DNA of 55,446 nucleotides, filler included, from Callorhinchus milii (GCF_018977255.1; 2 parts of 2 records of this genome joined end to end with filler, not necessarily neighbours in it); one strand, 5' to 3'. Shown: positions 38,510-50,100, numbered from the whole stretch's first letter. Numbers and translations are program-made. The notes: generated by a model from the sequence alone, not told the origin.

Positions 38510-38670
38510 TAACCCGTAAAAACAAAGTTGTTCACTATAAATCCTTTATATGCGTGGCGGCTAAAGTCCTCTCGTCCTCTGGCTTGAGATGGCTGCCACC
38601 TATGGGTCAGATGATTGCATTGCACCATTAAACAATTGGTAATTAAATATATTTTTGTCCTAAAAAGTGT
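38510..38670 (-). mobile_element. Helentron-type element 3' half, inverted
   Basis: Reverse complement of ~35900-36063. Confidence 0.7.
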
Positions 38671-38704
38671 CAGTGTGTCAGGCTGTGTCAGTGTGTGTGT
38701 CAGT

Positions 38705-39015
38705 GTGGCGAGGAGTGGTGGTGCAGCGGTTAGCGCGCTGCACTACGAACCCGGATCCCCGAGTTATATTCCCGCTCACGGCCAACACCAGCGACGATTA
38801 TCTGAACCGGCACTGCGCCTCCCCCGGGTCGACTCAGCCTCAAATGAGTACCTGGTGCGGTGTGTAAACATCGCCACTGGGGAGATAAAGGCGGCCGGGC
38901 GTGGTGCTGGCCTCCCACCCCCTCGTCCACCGTTCCGGCCTTATAGGTGCTCGCTAACAGCACTTGCCCCAACAGCCTGTGCAGGCTACACGGGTGATCT
39001 TTGTCTTTGTGTCTT
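38705..39015 (+). mobile_element. tRNA-derived SINE
   Basis: A box GTGGTGCAGCGGTTAGCGCG, degenerate B box GAGTTATATTCCC, central GTCGACTCAGCCTCAAATGAGTACCTGG, tail ...GGCTACACGGG-(CTTTGT)n. Confidence 0.75.
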
Positions 39016-39110
39016 TGGCGCGCGCCCTCGTTGCCTGCGTCCCCAGAGACACTGCCCCCTCCTCCACGATCGGCGTCGTATTGCGCCTTTTGGCGTCATC
39101 TGGTCCAACC

Positions 39111-39830
39111 CACGTGAGACTAGGCTCTAAGGAAAGCTGTCTCGGGTGTGGACCAATCAACTTCAAGGACCATGTGAGACTAGGCTCTAAGGAAAGCTGT
39201 CTCGGGTGTGGACCAATCAACTTCAAGGACCATGTGAGACTAGGCTCTAAGGAAAGCTGTCTCGGGTGTGGACCAATCAACTTCAAGGACCATGTGAGAC
39301 TAGGCTCTAAGGAAAGCTGTCTCGGGTGTGGACCAATCAACTTCAAGGACCATGTGAGACTAGGCTCTAAGGAAAGCTGTCTCGGGTGTGGACCAATCAA
39401 CTTCAAGGACCATGTGAGACTAGGCTCTAAGGAAAGCTGTCTCGGGTGTGGACCAATCAACTTCAAGGACCATGTGAGACTAGGCTCTAAGGAAAGCTGT
39501 CTCGGGTGTGGACCAATCAACTTCAAGGACCATGTGAGACTAGGCTCTAAGGAAAGCTGTCTCGGGTGTGGACCAATCAACTTCAAGGACCATGTGAGAC
39601 TAGGCTCTAAGGAAAGCTGTCTCGGGTGTGGACCAATCAACTTCAAGGACCATGTGAGACTAGGCTCTAAGGAAAGCTGTCTCGGGTGTGGACCAATCAA
39701 CTTCAAGGACCATGTGAGACTAGGCTCTAAGGAAAGCTGTCTCGGGTGTGGACCAATCAACTTCAAGGACCATGTGAGACTAGGCTCTAAGGAAAGCTGT
39801 CTCGGGTGTGGACCAATCAACTTCAAGGAC
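39111..39830. repeat. 12 essentially identical 60-bp tandem units, part of a MITE copy extending to ~39990
   Basis: Unit CATGTGAGACTAGGCTCTAAGGAAAGCTGTCTCGGGTGTGGACCAATCAACTTCAAGGAC. Its 3' half and the following 160 bp match the MITE at 33904-34183. Confidence 0.97.
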
Positions 39831-40557
39831 AGTGCATACATTATCAGAGTTGTGTTTTTTGTTTGTACTACGACTGCAGGTATTGCGGTCTATGCAAACA
39901 TGACTCCTCGTAAAAAGGTGTCAGTTTTGTTGTCAGATCGAAGGGTAAAAAACCAATTATCATATTTTTACTGGCAAATGAGGTTCCCATGGAATAAAAT
40001 AATTGTTTCCCTTCTCCGTGAGTTTACCGAAAGAACCAAGAATATGAATCCCTGCAGTCACGAAAGCTTTAAATCGAAATGTAGCTTGACGTAATGTGTT
40101 CCTGTCTATTGCGTTTAATAAACACAACGCACACACGCGTAGGAGACACCCCGTGTCACTGTCTTGCTATTGAAGGGACGTTTAATCTCTTAAACGTGAA
40201 CACGAAAATCACCGACAGCAATAAACAATAAACAACCAATAACACTGGTCAACAAAATATAGATAAACACATTGGCGATAGGGCAACACTCGGGCGGATA
40301 ACGCATTGATGACACTGGTCAACACAAAAAAAAAATTCTGGCCTGGACTTTTGCAGCTGTTTTAGACATCTCATTTTGATGCTATCGGCATTCCCCATTT
40401 TCATTGATTTTACCCGAAATTAACTCTGTCACTTATGATTGCAAGTCGTTGCGAGTCAGTGACTGCTTTAGTGTTACAATACGGTGCTGTATGTTTAGGA
40501 TAGTGCGTTTATGACCAGTGTTATAATCAACGGGCCGCTGACGACGTCCCCTCCTCT

Positions 40558-41265
40558 CTACAGTTCGGGAACCCGCCGTGGGAACGGGGAACTTGCGGCT
40601 CTCACGGCCACCAACCCCCGTCGTCGTCGCGAGGCAGTCGCCAAACGAGACTCATGCTGAGGGGGGCCCCCGGGGGCCGAGCCCCCCCTCTGGCCGTCCC
40701 CGCTCTCCCGCGCTCTCCGCTCCCGAAGGGACTCGCCAGCCCCACGTCGCCCACGCCCCTCGTGACCCGCCGCAGCCTCTCCGTGACCCGGCTCCACCAC
40801 CCCGAGCCCTCCCTCCCCCCCGTCCCGTCCCCCCCCCCTCCCCCCGCGCCCCCCCGAACCTCCCACTGCAATCCCCCCCTGTGTGCGCGCAGCCCCTCTC
40901 CTCCTAGGTTCCTGGCGTTCTCCCTCGGCGTGTGCGTCTGGCGTCGAAACGCCCGCCTCTCCCACCGCTCTCGCGAGTCCCACGAGTGACGCCCCGTGCC
41001 CACCGTTCTCGCTCTCCCGGCGCCTCCGCCCCTCTCCCCCTCGCCGCCCCCCCCCCCAGCTCGCGCTCCGGGGCGCTCTCCGCCGCCGCTCTGCGGGGGG
41101 CTCCCGCGGACGGCCTGGAGCGGCCCCCGAGGCCCGCGGACGGCCGTGCGAGCCGGTCCTCCGCCCTCCTGCCGCCTCCGCTGACGCCGCCGCGGCCGCC
41201 GCCGCACCGCCGCCGGCTCGCTCCATGGCAGATCGCTGCGGCTTCTTGTTGTCGTTGCTGTTGCT
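40558..41265 (-). other. CpG-island-like GC-rich segment, possibly a low-complexity exon
   Basis: Very GC/CpG-rich; open minus frame (MERAGGGAAAAAAASAEAAGG...) with GCCATGG and an upstream CAACAG acceptor; no recognisable domain. Confidence 0.3.
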
Positions 41266-41302
41266 GTTGAGGGTGGTGATGCAGCGAGAACAGCTCCCTG
41301 TA

Positions 41303-41553
41303 TCATCACAACCATCACCAACCATCACCACATCACCAACATCACCACCACACCAACCATCACCACCACCAACCATCACAACCATCACCAACCATCACCA
41401 CCATCACCAACCATCACAACCATCACCAACCATCACCACCATCCCACCATCACAACCATCACCACCATCACCACCATCACCAACCATCACCACCAACCAC
41501 CATCACCACCACCATCACCACCATCACCATCACCAACTATCACCAACCATCAC
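41303..41553. repeat. (CAC/CAT/CAA)n low-complexity tract
   Basis: Directly visible. Confidence 0.9.
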
Positions 41554-41833
41554 CTACACGGGGACCTTTGTCTGTGTATAGGTGCTACTAACAGCACTTG
41601 CCCCTACATCCTGCTAGAGGCTACACGGGGCACCTTTGTCTGTGTATAGTGCTACTAACAGCACTTGCCCCTACAGCCTGCTAGAGGCTACACGGGGACT
41701 TTCTGTATGCTACTAACAGCACTTGCCCCTACAGCCTGCTAGAGGCTACACGGGGACCTTTGTCTGTGTATAGGTGCTACTAACAGCACTTGCCCCTACA
41801 TCCTGCTAGAGGCTACACGGGGCACCTTTGTCT
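41554..41833 (+). repeat. ~4 tandem copies (~60-67 bp) of the SINE 3' tail
   Basis: Unit TATAGGTGCTACTAACAGCACTTGCCCCTACAGCCTGCTAGAGGCTACACGGGGACCTTTGTCTG matches 38942-39010. Confidence 0.85.
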
Positions 41834-42546
41834 AAAGTCTCACTCTCGCAGTCACGGGGGGGGGGGGGGTAGCAGCCCACCCCAGCCGGCCAAGGTGCGA
41901 CCTCGGCCGGCTGAGCAATCTAGCCGAGACCGGTGGCACTCCCAGGACTAGGCCTTACCGCAGGGCTCACCGGCGCAACGCTGCGTCGACGTCTGGGAGG
42001 GGTCTTGAGTGCTTTTCTCCGTCGTTGTGAGCTCACACACTCAACAATGTCCTCGTGTGGAGTGCAGCAGCAGCAGGAGGAGGAGGTCCGACGTCGCGTG
42101 CCGACACCTCGGGCAGGAGGCTGCAGGCAGCTGCGATCTCGTGAGATTGGCAGGGCGCGTTTATAATACGTAGTGCGGATAGGCGACCACGTGACGCGAG
42201 TGCGACTCGGATTCCGTAGAACTGATAAGACTGCGCGCTGCGCCGTAGACTCAACACTGCGGCTCAGCCGACGTTGCAGGTCCCTGGGGATGTGCGAGTC
42301 ACGTGGTGGGGTCTGTGACGTCACGGGGCACACGGCTGACTGTTCCACTCCTGCCAAGCTCGATAATATTTTTTATATTTTTTTATTTCTCGTCACATCT
42401 CTAACGTCTTAACAGGGCTTCAAAACAGCAACATCGAGAGCGACAAGAGGTCAGGTACTTCCAGGCTGGTTCACCAATGTGAAGATGTCACAGACACTAA
42501 CGCTGGGAAGTAACATTTAAAATTTGATTTAAAAAAATATTGCGCT

Positions 42547-42577
42547 TGGAGAATGCGGGAATCGATCCCACGTATCT
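42547..42577 (-). pseudogene. tRNA-Ala-like 3' fragment truncated by a Penelope-like repeat
   Basis: Minus strand GTGGGATCGATTCCCGCATTCTCCA resembles the T-arm/acceptor end of eukaryotic tRNA-Ala. Confidence 0.45.
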
Positions 42578-42581
42578 TCTA

Positions 42582-42703
42582 CTTCTTGGTTCTTTCGGTA
42601 AAGTCACGTAGAAGGGAAGTAATAAAATAATAAAAATAAAACATAATAAAATAATTCTCACGACGTTTCGGCCACAACGCAAGCAGCCGTCCTCAGTGAA
42701 GAA
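42582..42703 (-). mobile_element. Penelope-like pseudo-LTR fragment with hammerhead motif (42655-42703)
   Basis: Reverse complement of the CTGAGGA...GAAACGTCGTGAGAA unit. Confidence 0.8.
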
Positions 42704-42860
42704 TGAAACACCACCAAGCTTGGAGCGTATATTAAGCTGGTTTGGAGGGGGGTGGGAAGAAGAGCGCCTTGACAAAATAATTTGCATATCAAGAGTAATT
42801 TAGCATATGGAAAATGCGTAGGAGGTGTTTCATGAATATTTGCCCGTGCATTATGCAGGA

Positions 42861-43428
42861 TTAGCAGCATCAAAGGGAGGGGGAAGGGGGGTAGCATTAA
42901 CAAAGGAATGTTCATAGTATGTAGCTGCAATTACTAAACAACCACGTAAAAAACTAAAGTATAAACTACATAAACAACTAAAGTATAAACTACATAGCAT
43001 CATCAGTATACTTACTATACTCTACAATAAGCTGAGTTACTAACAGTAAGTAATACATTACAATTCTACGTCGTAAAAATTATAGAATATGCTTCCATCT
43101 AAACTTTCTCTTACATCACACGAGTCTACACCGTACTATATACTGCCATAGACAAACCCAACATTAAATTATATACTGTATTACTATAAACCACCTTATA
43201 CATTTTAATGTAACACTGTGTATTATTCTACTCACCCTTGTGTATCACACTGCTATTTATTTACTATACAATTACGATACTATATATTACTTTGTTCATT
43301 GTATTAAGCATAGAGGATATGGGAAATGCAGGTATGTGAATAGTACTAATTCAGCATCAGCAGCTACATACTATTAACACTCCTTCCCTTTATTAATGCT
43401 ACCCCTATCCCCTCCCTTTGATGCTGAA
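42861..43428. mobile_element. Old MITE-like element with ~70-bp imperfect terminal inverted repeats and AT-rich interior
   Basis: CAGCATCAAAGGGAGGGG...GGGGTAGCATTAA...ATAGTATGTAGCTGC (42866-42928) versus GCAGCTACATACTAT...TTAATGCTACCCC...CCCCTCCCTTTGATGCTG (43360-43426). Confidence 0.7.
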
Positions 43429-43632
43429 TTAGTTTAGAGAGACACGAAACTTTAGAGAGACACGAGTCGTATTGAGGAGGCACTCTGTTTTATTGTCGCC
43501 GTCACAGGCAACGATGCCAGGGTCAGGACAGCAACAGGCTGCCTGGCCAACAACGATGCAGACGATGCCGAAGGTGATGACGTAGACTTGTGCAGCTCCA
43601 TGGATTCCACTCCAAACAACAACAACGACAAA

Positions 43633-44362
43633 TTTCGATTTAAAGCTTTCGTGACTGCAGGGATTCATCTTCTTGGTTCTTTCGGTAAAGTCACGTAGAA
43701 AGAAAATAATACAAATAAAACATAAAATAATTCTCCACCTGAAGACGGCTGCTTGCGTTGTGGCCGAAACGTCGTGAGAATAATTTTATGTTTTATTTTT
43801 ATTATTTTATTATTTTCCTTCTACGTGACTTTACCGAAAGAACCAAGAAGAACAACAACGCCCCCTTCTAGGACCCTGCCAGAAGGTTCCCGGCTTACTT
43901 CACGTCCCCTCTGTCAGCCGATCCCCTGACCTGCTGACACACCGGGCTGACTTCAACTGCAGGCCCCCTTGTTGCCAGCAACCAGCGCTACACACCGTCG
44001 TGTGACCTATTCCAAGTCACTGCACACTGGCCCGTCTTCTCCATGAAGATACAAACAACACCGTGTTCTTGGTTCTTTCGGTAAAGTCACGTAGAAGGGA
44101 AATAAGAAAAATATAAAACAATAAAATTATCTTCTTGGTTCTTTCGGTAAAGTCACGTAGAATGACTTTACCGAAAGAACCAAGGAGATGAATCCCTGCA
44201 GTCACGAAAGCTTTAAATCGAAATAAAATTATACAATTTTTTTAAAATTTACTTGCTGTGGTTTTCACACCTGACGGTGATTGCTTGTGTTGCAGTCGAA
44301 AGGTCGTGAGAATTTAATTGGTTTATATTTTTATTATCCTTGCAGTCACGAAAGCTTTAAAA
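43633..44362. mobile_element. Several Penelope-like pseudo-LTR fragments; intact hammerhead (CTGAAGA variant) at 43731-43780
   Basis: Same repeat in both orientations at 43633-43851, 44066-44223 and 44262-44362. Confidence 0.75.
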
Positions 44363-44879
44363 CAAACACTGCCGTTACCTGTGACTGCACTCATCTTACT
44401 TGTGTGTGTGTGTGCATTAAAACCTGGATTGTATTTCTGAGGGCAAGAGTTTGGAATGTCTTTTGGTAAAGGAGCACGAAGTCACATTGCATCCAGACCC
44501 CCCTAAACCCTTCTAGATGCAAGTCAAAATTAACAAGTGCAATGTACAGGTTTCCCTCGCTGTCTGCGCTAGTAGAAGATGCGTTTCAAAAAGGGCACAC
44601 AAAGCGACACCGCACAAGGATACAGCTGCCTGCCGAGTAGTGTGGACAGTACACACACACAATCTTGTCCTACATCCGAGCGCGTAGCCGCACGTGACTT
44701 AAGTGAAACCGCATCTCGCGAATTTTGGGTATGAACCGGCTTGCCCCATAAACAGCGCAAAATCGCACAAACAGGAAGCCGTATAATGCGAGGAGAATCT
44801 GTAGCTCTTCTCTCGCAGACGCAAACTTGGGCTGCGCGTCCTGGGAACACAATATCGGTGTGTAGCCGCAAGTTAACAG

Positions 44880-45194
44880 CTTCTTGGTTCTTTCGGTAAA
44901 GTCACGTAGAAGGGAAATCATAAAATAATAAAAATAAAACATAATAAAATACAATTCTCACGACGTTTCGGCCACAACGCAAGCAGAAGAACAGGTCTGT
45001 CGGAAAGACAGCGTCTGTCTTTCCGACAGACCTGTTCTTCACCTGTTCTTCTGCTTGCGTTGTGGCCAAAACGTCGTGAGAATTGTATTTTATAATGTTT
45101 AATTTTTATTATTTTATTATTTCCATTCTACGTGACTTTACCGAAAGAACCAAGAAGATGAATCCCTGCAGTCACGAAAGCTTTTAATCGAAAG
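44880..45194. mobile_element. Long foldback of two Penelope-like pseudo-LTR arms
   Basis: Arms of ~130 bp are reverse complements centred at ~45012 (GGAAAGACAG-CGT-CTGTCTTTCC). Confidence 0.85.
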
Positions 45195-46924
45195 ATAACA
45201 GCCGTTTGAATTTTGGGCCACGTCTTTAAATTTCAGGACAATGGGTTGAGAGTTGTGCAGTGAGGCCAGGATGAAAACATTTCTAGTCCGGCCAATATCT
45301 CGTGAAGTCATACAGAATTATAACCAGTCTTGCGTTAAAGTTTACACCAAACACTCGTGCTATATAACAATAAACTAAATGCAGAACGAAACTGCTCTAC
45401 AGACTCTAACGAAAAGCATTAAAACTAAGTTATTCAGATGATTTTCATCCATGTGCTAACAAAAAACGTGCTATTGAATTGGAATCAAGGGCTTTCACTG
45501 TTAAACTGTGCCTCAGATTTCAGCCACGGCAGCTGAGGTTGTCTTCGGCGGTGGTTCAAGTCAGTCTAGCAGCCGTGCTTTAGGCCGTGGCTGCAGGCAG
45601 CGAGCAGTCACCTCACAGCGGGCTGCGGCAATCTCTACGGTGGCAAGTCAGGTCGGCTTACAGCAGACCGCACCTATTGAGGCATGGCGGGTCTTGTATA
45701 CGTGAGTAATGGCAAGTTGAGTTGCACTTGGGCTGTCAGTGGTAGTAGCCCTTGGCGGTTGAATGGGGCAGTGCTTGTCCCAGACAAGGCCATGGTTCAG
45801 TGGCAAACCGTGGTAGTGCTCGGTGTTTGGAATGTATCACTCGCAGACCGTGGCAAGTGGAATGGCTTAGTGGCTGACTGGGACATGTCATGGCATGTTG
45901 AAAGAGTCAGTGGCTGGTGGCTGTGGCGGGCTGTGGTGGTGTGGTGATCTGTGGTGATCTGTGGTGGTCCGTGGTGATCTGTGGTGATCCGTGGTGGTTT
46001 CATGTTGAGTCAGGGTGGAGAGGCGTCAGCTTGGCTCGTTTCGAGAGGCCAAGATGCAAGGCCGGACCTGATGTGGTTAAAGGGGGGGGTTAGGCTACGA
46101 CAGTAACACACGCTAACTCACATTTAAATGTTTTAAGTCGTCATTATTTCTGGTGACATGGAGGGGCCTTCGTCATAGGTGGATAAACAAAGGACTGCAA
46201 ACCATCGTGGGATTTTTCATCATTATTGTAAAGTTACTCTGAGGATTACACATACTTAGTTGCCACGTGACCATTGACTCCTCCAAAGTAAGTAGAAGAA
46301 CGTCGTCATTTGGAGTCACAATTCGATAAAAAAACATTCTCTTTTTGAAACTTTTTTAGTTTTTTCTGCTTCCTTTGAAGAGTTTTGTCTGCTCCATTAG
46401 CATTCCGCGTACACACACTCAGACATGCTCTATCCACTGCGAGATGAAGGCCTCTCCGAAGCTGCCGCCATCCCTCACGCTCGCACAACAATGAATCTAG
46501 CACACACACTCGGATATCCTCGCTCCGTCGACCCCGCAAGTGGACGTGTTCCCACTCCGCCGTGAGTGTCGCTCACGGCGAGGTAGCAACACTCGGCACT
46601 GCCAGGTGCAGACCATCTCGCGCTCTCACACCTACATCACCCGGAGAGCTACGGTGGTCATCACTCATCAAGGCCTCGATACAGAGACGTTGCTTTCTCT
46701 GTGTGCCTATGTTTGTTCCCTCTCTCTATGTATCTCTGTGATATCTGTCTGCTTATATGTCTGTCTATATGTTTCTGGTTCTGTGTTTTTATCTCTCTCT
46801 CTCAAATGTAGTATTCTCAGGAAGAACATAATCAACCAGGTAGGGTGTAGACTGTTATGTTATCCGACTCTCTGTTGTATTACATTCCATTTCTAAGTAT
46901 ACTAGATTTGTGTTTCTATTTCAT

Positions 46925-47062
46925 TTATTCCTGATGATGATTGCTTGTGTTGCAATCGAAACGTCGTATGCTAGTATTTAATTTATTACTTTCTCTTTAT
47001 ACGTGACTTTACCGAAAGAACCAAAGAGTCATTCCTGCAGTCACGAAAGCTCCAAATTAAGA
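46925..47062 (+). mobile_element. Second-subfamily Penelope-like pseudo-LTR with hammerhead core
   Basis: CTGATGA-T-GATTGC-TTGTGTT-GCAATC-GAAACGTC, then ACGTGACTTTACCGAAAGAACCAAAG...GCAGTCACGAAAGCTCC. Confidence 0.75.
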
Positions 47063-47064
47063 TT

Positions 47065-47107
47065 GTACTTAGCAGGCTCAAATCCCTGCTTAGCTTCCTA
47101 GACAGAC
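47065..47107 (-). pseudogene. 5S rRNA-derived fragment (5S pseudogene or SINE3-type head)
   Basis: Minus strand GTCTGTCTAGGAAGCTAAGCAGGGATTTGAGCCTGCTAAGTAC versus 5S GTCTGATCTCGGAAGCTAAGCAGGGTCGGGCCTGGTTAGTAC. Confidence 0.5.
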
Positions 47108-47139
47108 CCAGTGGAGGTGAGGCACATCCATGGATGGTT

Positions 47140-47169
47140 NNNNNNNNNNNNNNNNNNNNNNNNNNNNNN
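47140..47169. other. Gap of 30 N
   Basis: Directly visible. Confidence 0.98.
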
Positions 47170-50100
47170 CAACTTGAGATCTGAATAAAATCAGCAGACT
47201 TGACTCAATTTATTAATCTGATTACATATGTTATACAGTCCTAGGGGATAACGGGATACGCAAGAAAAGAAGAACGTCGCGTAGCATACCCCATACAAAT
47301 CCCCCTGTCAATAACGAATCAGGCCAGTGATAAACGAGCTAAACTGTCCGTCCTCGGGTAGCGGTCCCTCGAGAACTGCCCGATAGTGATCTCTGCACCT
47401 TCAATTTTATGTATACTACCTGTAATAGTCCCCTTCTTGGTGCACTTTTCTTAAAGGTAGGTGTACAATTGCGTCAGTTCGTCGCGTATGGTCATGTTCC
47501 CCCACCAGTGTGACTAAACACCGGAAAGATCTCGTATTTTTCAGTGAAGATGTCTAATTCCGATAATCTGCACGATAGTGTGAGGTGAGGCGGAAAAACC
47601 AGGTCTTCTTGGTGAATCTATCTGCATATTCCCCAATTAAGTGCGGATGCAAAGTATGTGTACATTCATGCTCGTACCGCATGTCCTGATCTTTATAACA
47701 TCAGCTAGAATACACACTCTGAACCTGGCCCTTCGAATCGAGCCAAGTAAAATTATGGCTCATTCGAAGTGTAGCACAGGAGGTAAGTAATTCTGCCGCG
47801 AATTCTCCCGGAAAGCAAACTCTGGGAGAAGGTGCGCGAAAGATCGCAGTTTTGGGTGGTACAACTGGGTGTCTCCCATGGAATCCCTGGAGCCTGTCGC
47901 TGATTCTCCTACGTTGTCTATCACTGAGTCGTATATTGCCATACGTAAACCGATGGAAGGAATCTAGGCGATTCGGAGGCTTATTACGGCAAGAAAGTTG
48001 GCTTAAGTGCTCATCTAGAGATGGGGATCTGGTCCAAGATAGGAGGGGATTTTAGTCACGCGCCCGATGGCGGTCGCTGCCGTCCTCTTAGACAAGCACG
48101 GTACATGTGTCGAGGTCTCGAAAGCATTTTAAAGCGTCCACAGGCATAGTACAACTGTCAAAGATCCTAGGGTACTTTATATGACGTTAGATACTACCCA
48201 TGGCAGTGGCGTTCGATGTAAAACCTAGTCCTTGATCCGATTGATGTTAATAGGCGTATGAAAGGCCGTAAGCGTCATTACAAAGGACATGGCACGATTG
48301 AAGGAGAATAAGGGGGAGAAAGCCAATGATTCTTTGCGTCGATCGCGGAGACTGAGGATGACGTGCGAGTCAACTTATGTAATTATGAGTAAGAGGTGCC
48401 AAGTTTCATTTGAGCTACATTTGTGTCAAGCGCTTGGCCGAGTAATTTCACTTCGTACAAATATTTCTCAGGGGATTTCAAGTTCCAGCATTCCACATAT
48501 CATTCACTTGCCCGGGGCGTTACAGCCTAAGTCGTTGTCGATTGATATGCACACACCCTATTACCTAAGCCGATGGTAAAGATCTACATCGTCGGACGAA
48601 TTTGGCACTCAAAGGATAGCGGTCCGTTAGTAGCATTGCTGACGTGAACGGCGCAGGCAACCAACTATGACCCAAGCGTCTTGATGAGTCTTAGCGTAAC
48701 CACAATTGTGTACTCCGCCGAGTAACTTCTATCCTATATCTGATCGGACCTGCGTAATCGGCACTCTATCCCCTCTTCGGGTCAGAACCACTCTCGGTCT
48801 CGTGACACTGCTACGTGTCTCCTCATATAATGTTATAATCGTCATCAGAACCCGTGCAACGTTCTTGATACTCTTCGTGGTCCACTCCATGCTCACCAAC
48901 GTGACTGCTCTTCGATCCCCTTAGTAAAAAGGTGAAGCATGCGAATATTAACCGGGGGGGTTCCAGCCGAGTCGTAGTGCAGAACACATTGCGGTAAAGA
49001 CGTCTCTCAAGCTGACAGCAATGCAAGGATGTTCCGACTCTGAGACAAGCGTACGGAGTAGATCCTAGCGGCAGCGACGCCACGATGCTCTTATGCATGA
49101 CTTGATCTAAAATGGCGGGCAAGGCTCAAACCATGATCCCCTTGCCACCAACAACCCAGAACCGGAGTGTGCTCTGCGTCTTGCGAGTGCTATCAGCACC
49201 TCGCGACGTACGACGGTAGCAAATTGGGAATCTGGCTCTCTTACATTCGCAGTGACGGTGATCAACGACAAGGATATCCGTGTCGTAAGACAGATATGGA
49301 TTTTTTGTCCAGTTCGGTACTCCTCTACACTCATAAGGTGTGTCTGTTGTATTAAGAGGGTAGGCTTTAAGTACTCCTGTGTAGTAGATAGCATCACGGA
49401 TTGTACCGTAAAAGCTTAGCCGTTTTCCCTTGATGTCTTAGGAGACACCGCAAAATGCAAGTTCGGGGAATGAGGGTGAAGCACGCCCCAAACGGCCTTG
49501 CATCTCCGGGAGGCAGCACTTGACACAAGTTGACATGTGGCAGGTTGATCTTCTGCCAAGCCGAGTAGAACCGACAAAGTCGGGCTCAATCCTCTGCAGA
49601 AAATCGTTGCGTTGCGTACCCACCTTTTCGCAGTCGTGCTTACGCACAGGTGTGATACGAGGAAACCCGGCTCAAGACTGAGGCGCCGTTCGAGAGAGGG
49701 ACCAAATTTCTCATAAAGTTCAGTATGATGAATTTGTAAAATCGCTGAGGTAGAAGCACACACGTTGGAAAGAAAGCTACCTTTCGTCGGCAAGCGCCGT
49801 ACTTCCCGAAGACGGTCTGGGATCCTGGGTATAATAACGGGATCTGTTTTCTTACTACCCTTGTGGAACAGAGAGATCGCGTCTAACTCATATCGGATTG
49901 AACGCCGCGTTTCGTTCGTGCCTAAACGCTATCCGCCGCTCTGCCTCACCTTTCGGGTTGGTGGACGTGGTCGGCAACGTATAGCGTGCCAGACATATTT
50001 GTAGTTGGCATTTGTCACGCCGCCGCTCCGGGGAGCAATCTAATCCTGGAATATGAAGTGGACCTCGATTTCCGCCCCTGATTCCCTGTTTCGGATATGA

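Noticed and set aside
38954..40094. 376-aa and 295-aa repeat proteins, or a CRISPR-like array
   Set aside because: Head-to-tail identical 60-mers with no unique spacers and no cas genes; derived from a MITE.
29955..47062. Recurring GTGACTTTACCGAAAGAACCAAG motif as CRISPR repeats or recombination sites
   Set aside because: Irregular spacing, both orientations and variable truncation fit a dispersed retroelement remnant.
47803..47830. 10-bp hairpin TTCTCCCGGA/TCTGGGAGAA in the random-looking block
   Set aside because: A single stem with one wobble pair is plausible by chance in 5.7 kb; no supporting context.
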